DNA from: the human T2T-CHM13v2.0 reference genome, Homo sapiens
Length of the DNA stretch: 64,000 nt
Strand: one strand, 5' to 3'
Assembly (NCBI RefSeq): GCF_009914755.1
Contig: NC_060931.1
Made by a program: the position numbers and the translations under genes. Below are positions 50,360-64,000 of this stretch, in pieces. Each line of letters starts with the position of its first letter. Position 1 is the first letter of the stretch. Below the pieces are notes generated by a model. That model saw nothing but the letters and a program-made list of their open reading frames with translations. It did not search any database and was not told the DNA's origin.

Positions 50360-51598
50360 TTATAAAGGGCCCTCAGGTAGTTATAATAGCTAACATTGAG
50401 TTCTTACTATGTGACAGACACTTCGCTGAGTACTTTATGTTAGTTATTTAATGCATATAGCAACTCTATGAAGTAATGACTTTTAATCTCATTTTGTAGA
50501 TGAAAAAATTTACTTGCATAAGGCTACTTAGTTTCAGACAGATCTGTGATTTCAGGACTTCACCCAGGATATCAATTAGAATGTTTTTGCCCACAAGTAA
50601 AAAAGACAATCTGATTAAAAATATCTTAGCCAATAAGTCTGTTTTTTCATAACGAGGTCAGAAGGTTGGTTTCAGGATTGGTCATTCAACAGGTTACCAG
50701 GGCTCTCTTTGGTTTCTCTGCAGTTCTCTTGGCTCTTTTTTTTTTTTTTTTTTTTGAGACAGAGTCTCTCTTTATCGCCAGGGTGGAGTGCATTGGCATA
50801 ATATCGGCTCACTGAACCTCCGCCTCCCAGGTTCAAGCGATTCTCCTGCCTCAGCCTCCCGAGTAGCTGGGACTACAGGCCCGTGCCGCCATGCCCAGCT
50901 AATTTTTGTATTTTTAGCAGAGATGGGGTTTCACCATGTTGGCCAGGATGGTCTTGATCTTTGACCTCCTGATCCAGCCATCTTGGCCTCACAAAGTGTT
51001 GGGATTATAGGCATGAGGCACCGCACCCGGCCGGCTTTCTTCTCATGGTTGTAAGATGGCTGCCTCATAAGATAATATCTCAAGACAGAAAGGAAGGGTC
51101 ATTCCCTTTCATGCATTGCTCTTTTGATTTGCAAAAACATCCCTGAGAAGCTCCCCAGCCAGCATAGTCTCGTGCTCCATTGTCTAGAACTGGCTTACTT
51201 GCGTACCAGCAAACCAGTCACTGGAAAATGGGAATGGGATTGCCATGATGGGTTTAGACCAATAGTGGTTCAGCTCTTGGGCTGGACCTGCCTTTTCCGA
51301 GCACTTTGCTGCCTGCCTGATACCTGAGTAAAATCAGGGCTCTCTCAGGAAGAAAGATGGGGGAAATGGCTGTTGGTTAAATAAACAGTTCTTTTATCTT
51401 TATAATAACCAGTTTTTTTAGATGAATTAACCAAGTTCCAGAATAACTGGGTGACTTATCTGAAGTCATAGAGTTAGCAAAAGTATATGGTTGAGAATTT
51501 CCAATTCCAGTTCAGGTTTTCTGATTCCAGTTCCTAGTACTTTTCAAAGGACTAACTTTACTAATTTGTTGATGTGCATTCTTATTTGTTTGTTTCAG

Positions 51599-51714
51599 GT
51601 GCTTGAAGTTTCTGGGAAGTCGGCATCCAACCCTGGTGCTTCCCTTGGTGCCAGAGCTTCTGAGCACCCACCCATTTTTTGACACAGCTGAACCAGACAT
51701 GGATGATCCAGCTT
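51599..51714 (+). pseudogene. INTS4P: INTS4-like exon (ex13, 116 nt) ending at a U12-type donor
   Basis: tttcag|G CLKFLGSRHPTLVLPLVPELLSTHPFFDTAEPDMDDPA T|gtatcctc. Confidence 0.92.
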
Positions 51715-52598
<884 letters not shown>

Positions 52599-52719
52599 AT
52601 ATTGCAGTTTTGGTACTTATTTTCAATGCTGCTAAAACCTGTCCAACAATGCGAGCATTGTTCTCAGGCACTATGCCTACCTCCGAGACAGTCTTTCTCA
52701 TCTTGTTCCTGCCTTGAGG
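52599..52719 (+). pseudogene. INTS4P: INTS4-like exon (ex14, 121 nt vs expected 134) with a 13-nt frameshifting deletion; shifted-frame TGA 52715-52717
   Basis: YIAVLVLIFNAAKTCPTMRALFS then HYAYLRDSLSHLVPALR in another frame; parent DHTFR is missing; donor |gtatgt. Confidence 0.9.
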
Positions 52720-53144
52720 GTATGTTGAAAACATCTGTTGTCCTTGTTTTTATTTTGCACGGGGTAGGGGTATTTGTGTTCATGTTTTCCTTTGAGATGG
52801 GGGTCTTGTTATGTTGCCCAGAGGGGTCTCAAACTCCTGGGCTTAAGCCATCCTCCTGGCTCAGCCTCCCAAGTCGCTGTGATTACAGGTGAGCACCACT
52901 GTGTGCAGCTTGTTTTTGGCTTTTTATTTTTTGTGCTTTGTGGTTATTAAATAGTAGAAAGCAGTCCATATATTCTCTGAAAACTTGTTTGTTCATTCTC
53001 CTTCTCTCTTGGGCTCTTTGCCATTGTTTTATACTTTTGCTTTTGTATCCTTTACCTTTTAAGATGATTCATTTTTTTTGGTGTCCCTGGATTATTGATA
53101 TTAGGCAAGAAGAAAGGAACCTGGAACAATAGATTATATTTTAG

Positions 53145-53363
<219 letters not shown>

Positions 53364-53466
53364 TAGTAGAGACGGGGTTTCGCCGTGTTAGCCAGGATGG
53401 TCTTGATCTCCTGACCTCGTGATCTGCCTGCCTCGGCCTCCCAAAGTGCTGGGATTACAGGTGTGA

Positions 53467-53849
<383 letters not shown>

Positions 53850-54090
53850 CACAAGTGCTTATTTTTTAAAAATAAAACCTTTACTATTTTTAAAACCTAG
53901 AGATATAAAGAAGAAAATTTAAAAATGGATCATAATAATAATAGCAAAGACTTTGTGAATGCTGTGGCCCAGGTACTCTTCCAATCTCTCTATTTGCATT
54001 AACTCATCCCTGCTTGGGTGACTCCAAATCACTTTATTTGGAGTAATATACAAAATGAGGCCAGGTGCGGTGGCTCATGCCTGTAATCTA

Positions 54091-54429
<339 letters not shown>

Positions 54430-54536
54430 TTAACAGTAAGAATAAGTATATCTGAAGGGCTAGGCCAAAAATAAAAAAAAATTATTCTCATGAAAAAATT
54501 GTATGCTATATAAGTTTATTTGGGAATAAATCATTA

Positions 54537-54740
<204 letters not shown>

Positions 54741-54757
54741 CTAATCCCAGCTACTCA

Positions 54758-54856
<99 letters not shown>

Positions 54857-55197
54857 CTAAAAAAAAAAAGATGTAGCAACAGTTTAATTTTTAGTCTCCT
54901 TCCTATGGTTGGCCCATTTATTTCAGTTAACAATAGAAAATATTATACCTTTTCTGTTTTTCTCCTGGCAGCTGTGGCTGTATTGGGTAGACCATGTTTG
55001 CATTTTGTCTCTTTCTCTTTAACTCCCAATTGTTGCTGAGGAAGGGGAGAAATGTTATTTATAGAATCTCCTAGCCTTTTTTCCCCTTTGTTTTGTTTAG
55101 CTCACATTTTTAATGTGCTTTTATGTGTTTGTGTGTGTGTTACCAAAAGCTGAGCCACCAAACTTAATGACTCTATAATCCCACTGTGTTTGCTTAG

Positions 55198-55355
55198 TTG
55201 CCAGGTAGAAAACTGGTGTCATCAGCTGTTTCTCCCAGCATCATACCTCAAGAGGATCCTTCGCAGCAGCTCCTGCAGCAGAGCCTTGAAGGAGTGTGTA
55301 GTCTTCAGCACTTGGACCCTCAGGGAGCCCAGGAGCTGCTGGAATTCACCATCAG
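55198..55355 (+). pseudogene. INTS4P: INTS4-like exon (ex15, 158 nt)
   Basis: gcttag|LPGRKLVSSAVSPSIIPQEDPSQQLLQQSLEGVCSLQHLDPQGAQELLEFTI AG|gtaggg. Confidence 0.92.
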
Positions 55356-55727
55356 GTAGGGTAATCATCCCTTCATCTGACAGAGTTAGTGCCGTTACAC
55401 TCAGCTTGACTGTTCTGAATTCTGGTGTTGGTTACTAGGCTTGATATTCTGACTCTATTGGTCTACATTCACACACGGTTTTATGGTCTGTTTATATTTG
55501 GATTAGATTGTGGTTTGAACATATTTTTTAAAAGAGCTCTTTATATTCATGACTCGATTGATGATTAGTACACAACAGAAATAGTTACAAAGAACCTGTT
55601 TTTAGTTTTTTAATTTTATATATTAGGATGAGTGACCAAAATGCAAAGTAACAGTGGCTAAAACAGGAGCAAAGTTTAATTCTTCCTCATAGGCAGGACA
55701 GGGCTGAGATGACCATCAAGGATCTAG

Positions 55728-55928
<201 letters not shown>

Positions 55929-56427
55929 TAGAGTTGAGGTTTCACCATGGTGGCCAGGCCAGTCTCAAACTCCTGAGCTCAAGTGATCCTCCCGCCTCGG
56001 CCTCCCAAAGTGCTGGAATTACAGGCGTGAGCCACTGTGCCCGGCCTAGGCTCATTCTTTCTTGTGTCTTCATCTTCTGCATCAAGCAGCTCTGCTTAAC
56101 AATTCAGAATCTAACTGTCCCCCCTGTATTCCATCCTGTGGGGAAAAGGAAACGGGGAGAGAAAGGTATCATCTCCACCCTGTGGTTTGTTTAAAGACAC
56201 TTCCCAAAAGTTGTACACTCTAATTTTACTTGCATTCCATTGACTAGAACTTAAGTCACATGGCCATCTCTCACTTCAAGGAGCGAGGACATGCAGTCTT
56301 TATTCTGGGTGACTAATGCCTGGTTTACATGCGATGACTCTAATACTCAGGAAGAATGGGAGAAAGATATTGGGGAACAACCAAAAGGCTCTGCCAGACC
56401 TTCCTCAAAATGGCCTGAATGATATGA

Positions 56428-56552
56428 AAAGAATTTAAACTCATTTGCTTTTAGCAAAAGCAGTATTGTTTGCTCTTAAAAGATTAAAAAATCATGTATT
56501 TTAAGAGCAAACAGTACTGCTTTTGCTAAAAGCAAATGAGTTTAAATTCTTT
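56428..56552. repeat. 54-bp near-perfect inverted repeat with a 17-nt loop
   Basis: Arm 56428-56481 is the reverse complement of 56499-56552 with one mismatch. Confidence 0.95.
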
Positions 56553-56703
56553 ATTGTTTGCTCTTAAAAGAGAAAAATATTATATCGGCCAGGTGCAGTG
56601 GCTCATGCCTGTAATCCCAGCACTTTGGGAGACCGAGGCGGGAGGATCACTTGAGGCTAGGAGTTCAAGACCAGCCCCACTGAGTGAAACCCCGTCTCTA
56701 CTA

Positions 56704-56871
<168 letters not shown>

Positions 56872-57636
56872 TTATATCATTTGTATCTTGGTTGAGATCT
56901 CTTTTGATCTGCCCGGAAGAGTATTTGGCACCAGCCACATTCAACTAATAATTTTTAGTGGATGATTTCATTCCATACACTAAGAAACAAGCTCTGTGCT
57001 AGATACAGATCAGCTAGCTAGGATTCTGCCCTTAGAGAGCCCATGTAGACAAGATGGATATAGACAAAGACTTATGATGGTGGATAACAGCGCTTTGTAC
57101 TTTGTTCATGCTTTCCTGTCCATTATTGCATCTTAACATGTTATAAAGCTGGCCAACTGAACCATCCTCCAAGTTATGTTTTCCCATTACATTAGGTCAT
57201 TCATTCACTTAGCAGCATTAACTATTTGTTTATTCTAATAAGCCAGTTGCTGAGGGTAGAGAGAAATAAGAAATGACATTTGTTCTTAAGGTACTCACTG
57301 TTTATTACAGGACGCAGAAATCATCAATTTGATAAATGATACAGTGAAGAGAAGCATAGATGCTGTGGAAAAACAGATGAAAGGCCCTGACCCATCACAG
57401 TAGTAGTGGTGAGGGATGCTTCACAAAGGAGAAGATCCTTTAGCTAGTATGAAATGATAACTGAGCATGTCAGTTTCGTAGTCCATATGCAGAAGAGAAT
57501 TCCAACTTCAGCAGACATTAGAAGAGCTGGGAGACCTGAGGGAGAACAGCCTCCCAGAACTGCAGTGGTGTAGTATAGAGATTGAGTGAATGGAGCTTTG
57601 AAGGCAGACTCATTTTGGTTAACGTCTGAGCTAATA

Positions 57637-57970
57637 CAGTCATGCACTAAATAACAACGTTGTGGTGGTCCCATGATTATATTTTTACTGTACCTTTTTT
57701 ATGTTTAGATATACAGATATTTACCATTGTTTACCATATTTACCAATATTTACCATTGTAACCAGTGTTACAGTTGCCTACAGTCTTTAGTACAGTAACA
57801 TGCTGTACAGATTTGTAGCCTAGGAGCAACAGACTATCCCATATAGCCTAGGTGTGTAGTAGGCTATACCATTTGGATTTGTGTAAATATACTCTATGAT
57901 GTTTGTGAGACAAAATCACATAACAGCGTATGTCTCAGAATGTATCTCCATCGTTAAACAACGCATGACT
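57637..57970. mobile_element. Tigger3/MER7-like element
   Basis: CAGTCATGCAC...ACGCATGACT termini; internal CCTAGGAGCAACAGACTAT. Confidence 0.7.
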
Positions 57971-58756
57971 TGTAGTTGTTTGATCTTAGTCAAGTTTATT
58001 GCTCAGGGTTCATTTGCAGAAAACAAAAGAGGCTTTTAACTAATTTAAGCAGAAAGAAATTTATTACAGAATGTTACATGGCTCACAGAGTTGTTGGGAA
58101 GGCTAAAGAAACAGACTAGGTGGAATATCCAGGAATGATTTCCAGAGCCACACAATGAGTGGGCCACCAAGGAGGCTGATGTTCCTGCTATTATCAGGAA
58201 AGCTGCCTATTGAGTCAGGATGCTACCAATAAAGCTGCTGGCTCCAGAACCGTGTCTTGCATTCTGCCTTTCTTCCGACTTAACATTGTTCCCTATACAA
58301 AACTCATGCGAATGTGTTTGATTGACTGATAATAAATCACGTCTGGAACCTAGCTCAAGGGAATCTGAGAAATGCAGTTTTTAACTTTGCAGCTTATGTA
58401 GTCCAGGAAGATACAGTAGATGAAGATAGGAATACCACGTGTGAGTGAGCCAAATCCAGTATATGCCGTAAGTACCAACTGCTGTTAGCTCCAGTTTACT
58501 CACCTGGGGGACTTGGTGACTTGCTGGGTGCAGGGGTGGGAGTGAGGAACTGAGAGATAAATGGGTGGTCTGATACTCTAGTAATCCACTAAAAAGTTGA
58601 GGGTGTCCTGGGCTCCCCTGGGAGTGCCGTGGGCTTGGGCTGGACAGGTCGTGGGGAGAATGCTGGGTAGGTGGGTGCAGCTGCAGCCACAGGGGAGCCA
58701 GAGTGTGCAGCATGTGTCCAGCGTGAGCCTCCCGAGCTTCCACCTGGGTCACATAG

Positions 58757-59272
<516 letters not shown>

Positions 59273-59689
59273 AAAAATCAGTGGAGGAGATCACACTAGA
59301 AATGATAGATACTGCAAGAAACAAAGCTTGAGTGAAAGCTTGTTACCGTAATGAATGGACTCACACATATCACTGCTTTGCAGTGATAGCATCAGCCAAA
59401 AGGGCTGCGAACATGAATCATTAACAAGTTGAAATATGTCAAAGATGGCTGTGTGGTGTGAAGAAGCTGCATCAGCTGCACAGGCTAAGCCTAAATGATA
59501 TTCCAAATGGCAGAGTGTCCACCTGAATACCATCACTGTAATCAGTAACAATAAAAGATAGGGAAAACTGAATTATTTTTAAGGTTGAAATGATTTTAGC
59601 ATGACAGTTTGTTCTCTTGCCACCGTACATTGAATCATATACTTGATGTTTATTGTGTGCCTGTGATGTGCCAGTAACAGTACTCTCAA

Positions 59690-59896
59690 CTAGGAGTCAC
59701 CAAACTACAGCCTGTGGACCAAAGCTGGCCTGTTGCCTGCTTTTGTATGTAAGATCTGATTGAAGCACAGCCACGCTCATTTGTTTAGGTATTGTCTATA
59801 GTTGCTTTCATGCTACAATCACAGAGCTGAGTAGTTGCCACAGAGACCATAAAGTTACTATTTTACCTTTTACAGAAAAAATTTGCTGACCCTGCT
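59690..59896. mobile_element. MER58A-like hAT element
   Basis: CAAACTACAGCCTGTGGACCAAA...AAAATTTGCTGACCCTG. Confidence 0.7.
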
Positions 59897-60952
59897 GTAA
59901 GTTCTGGGCAGTCCACAGCTCTGTAAGCGGAGATTCCAGTCCTTTCTATATCTCTTGTGGAGCGATTTCTCTTCTCCCTCAACAAAGTGTTTAGTTTTGG
60001 AGGCCACTGAATGAGGTTGTTGGCCCTGAGCCCAGTAAAATAAAGTCTACTTCCTGACTCATCCCCACGTAAATAAACATTTAGATTTTGTCCTTGACAG
60101 TTTTATCCTGTTGGCACTAAAGCAAGTGCAAAAGGCACAAAAGCTAGCCAATTTGGTGATCAGCTGCAGTGCTGGCTCTTAGAAGGTACTCGCCTTCATG
60201 GTCTGGGTTTCCTGAGATGATAGTCTTGCTAGGCAGTGGCCGGCCAGATCACTGTCCTAAGTTCGGGGCTCTGTGTTTCTAGCTTGAGTGTGTATTCAGG
60301 AGCACAGGCAGAATGGTGAAAAATCTGGAAAGGGAAGCAGATGGACCATAGCAGTGCGGGCACCTGCGACGCTTTACAACCATCATTGCAGACATGAAGT
60401 AATTTGCTAAGAAGAGGCAGAACGAGGATTTGAGTTCAGCTTTGTCAACTCTAAAATCCATATTCTGTGATGTGCAGTGATTTACAGGGGATTCCTGTAT
60501 CACATGAGATTAGATCAGTTGACCCCTGGGGTTCTCCACAACTTACACTTTCTGAGTTGTTATGGAGTGAAATGTTAGCCTTTCATACAGAAGGTTCTCT
60601 GATGAGGACTGGAGCCATGTATTTGTTAGTATGAGTGTAAAACAAATTTCACTGTCATACACAGTGCCCTGTTTTGTAATCCAAACAGCCATTTAACCCA
60701 ATGAAGAGCTCACCTATGAGCCAGATGCTGTGGCTTGCACCTGTAGAATTGTTGTGAAGATGATTGTAATGATATGTGGTAAAAGCATTTTGAGAATATC
60801 AGTTACATAGATAATAGTTGGACATTTATGGCTGTTTGCTTTAAAATTTAAACTAACTGGCCGGGCGCGGTGGCTCACGCCTGTAATCCCAGCACTTTGG
60901 GAGGCCGAGGTGGGCGGATCACGAACTCAGGAGATGGAGACCATCCTGGCTA

Positions 60953-61174
<222 letters not shown>

Positions 61175-61943
61175 TTATTTAACATACTGGACATGCTCTT
61201 GACATTTTGTAACTAAATCAAATTTTATAAATGTAATCATGTTTAAACTCACTAGCAGGGTTGAAGGGGATTGTCTTTTAAGGAATGCTGCAGTCATTTG
61301 TCTGCTATTTCTCAGTATGAATAGTGACCTCCTGTTTTTCAAAGTTTACATTTTTGTGTTAAGTCCATGAAAGTGCTGTTGCTATACACACTGTTGTTTC
61401 AGGAACCATATCACCTTAGAAGTGTTCCATAATAGAGAATTGTTCTTTTGGAGTAAAATAGCTCATTATAACCTGAAACAGAAGGGGCTTCATTTATCAG
61501 AGATAGAAAGAAATGTACTACTTTTCTTATGGGAATTCTTTTACACACTAACCATTGAAGAACATGGGATTTTTTAGTTGAATTCTTTAAAATCCTCTTT
61601 TTGCTTTGAAACTTTTATTGTCTTTAGGGAGAGTGCCTATTGTGTAGTATTGGAACTGGTCTAGTAATTAAAGAGTAGAAATACACGTTTGTAATCTGTC
61701 ATCATCTAGGTGCAGGAATAAAGATGGCGTTTTAGAAGTCACCAAGACTTTGTATTTATTTTGTATTTCCTAACATTCCTTTTTGCTCTACTAAGCTACT
61801 AAGAGACATAATTATAAATTTGATTTTTAGAGATTCTAAGAGATTGAAAAAAATAAACTGCATTTGATTTGCACATCCAGAATCTTTTTGACTATCTTTA
61901 ATAGTGATTTAAATAATTAATTCAGCCTATTGTGTAAGCTTAA

Positions 61944-62347
<404 letters not shown>

Positions 62348-64000
62348 TAGGATTACAGGTGTGAGCCACCGCGCCTAGCCGTATCTAGTTTTAAATTAGT
62401 TTTGGTCTCATCTGTGTTTGATGTAATTAATAAATAAATGAAAAGAGTTTAATAGCAAATAAATAAATGAGATGCAATATGATATGGTTAAAAAAATACT
62501 TTTGGAGTCAGAGCTGACTCTGTCTAGTTCATGTCGTTTTGTTGTTTATTCTGTGACCTTAGGCAAGCCACTTAAATTCTGATCTTTAGTTTCCTGTTCA
62601 GTGAAATAGGATTAATTGCAATTCATATTGTGAGGATTAAGTGAGCTCAAGTAAGGAAACAGCTAGCACAGTACAGTGCACATAGAATGTGCTCAGTGTA
62701 CCTTTCTCATTAGAGCCCGTAGTCTCCTGATGGATGTCTAGACTGAGGCTTCCTAAGAATTGTGAGCATAAAGTGACAAAGAGAGGAAACACTGGGACAC
62801 AGGATTTTTCCCAGAGCTAACAAGTTTCCATTTTTGTTTGTACAGAAGTTCAGATTTCTTATGGCTAATTGTGTTGGATTGGGTTACATCTTGTTCTGTG
62901 CACTTCAGAACAACTGCTACAATTCTGGGGCAGGGGAATAAAATAACATTTGGAATCAGTTAGTTAATGTACAGTCAGTTGGTCTGTATTCTGTATAATT
63001 GTCGTAGAAGGCAGAATCTTCCTGGAGAGGAAACACAAATGCTTCTGAAGTAGAATACTTCAGGGCTGTCTCTTACAAGAGAAAAATCAGAGAAGTGAAA
63101 GGAAGAGACCATCTGGCCACCAAACTCATACTTCACAGTTGGGCTTAGCTAGTCTATGGTCTTGGCATTCATTGTGCTGGGTTCCCATGCTTTGGGTAGG
63201 CCCTCCAGGACCAGTTCAAGCAACCCAAATGAATAAGAAGTGATATATATCATACATTAATTCTTCAATCACTTTGAGAGTAATTTACTCTTTGCCCCTT
63301 TGTAGGCATCTCCTTCTTGATGTCAAAGTCCCCAGGAGGCATCGTTAACTATCATAACGTTACCCACCAAGCATGAGATGGGAGGAAGTGGCATAGTCCA
63401 GTGGACAGTTTTTTCCAGGCTACTGTGAAACCTGATGTGTTATGCCGGCTCTGAAACAGACAGCTTCCCAAGTGACTCAGACCTTAAGGTTTCCCACAGT
63501 TTCCATTTCTATTCAGAATTTAATGTTGCTATTAAAAAGTAATGAGGCAGCTTTCTATGAATGCTGAGATGGTTAGGTAATACACAAACACACACACACT
63601 CACATTCCTCCCCTAAAAAAGAAGAAAGCAAAGAAAACCAGTACTTTTTGTAAATGCATGGCATATCTCAAAATTCAAAAGAAACTGGTAATAGTAGTTG
63701 CCTCTGGGAAGGTATACAGGGTGGCAGGGCTACAGGGCACAGGCGTAGGAAGGGGGACTAATTTAATTTAATTTAATTGTATATCCTTTGAATGCTATAC
63801 CTTAAGTATGTATTAACTATTCAAAAAAACTAAATTTTTTTTTAAAGAACATCTGTTCTTTAAAGTCATAGAACATTTTCATCACTCCAAGAAGTTCCTT
63901 CTTGCCCCTTTGCAAAGTTGTTTGGCTTTTCCAAGCCTCTGTGAAACCCCAGGAATTCAAGGAGGCCATGGAGAAGAATCCACTTTTCTATAGTAGCAAA

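Overview
Human genomic DNA: it is Alu/L1-rich and carries human-specific AluYa5/AluYb8 copies. The window is a segmental-duplication mosaic. (1) 1-~6920 is AT-rich, old-repeat sequence with no gene I can identify. (2) ~6925-~15670 is a duplicon with a GC-rich ~22-bp minisatellite/CpG island, a diverged copy of KSR1 exon 1 (7432-7632, CA1/CC-SAM N-terminus, intact GT donor) and a 2.6-kb (GAAAT/GATGAAAT)n array. (3) ~15690-64000 is an unprocessed, 5'-truncated copy of INTS4 with nine + strand exons matching parent exons ~7-15; this fits INTS4P1/INTS4P2 at 7q11.21, but I cannot tell which. The main finding is that the KSR1 exon ends in phase 0 and the first INTS4 exon starts in phase 0, so splicing gives an in-frame KSR1-INTS4 chimera under a borrowed CpG-island promoter. 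A CAG>TAG nonsense codon (16516) and a 13-nt deletion (~52667) break this frame. That leaves an 84-aa KSR1-INTS4 ORF and a downstream 293-aa INTS4 HEAT-repeat ORF. The copy keeps a U12-type (minor spliceosome) intron. Other oddities are a 54-bp near-perfect hairpin with a template-switch signature, a twin-primed inverted L1, and two L1 copies sharing private variants. Parent-protein and repeat-consensus comparisons are from memory, not from alignments.
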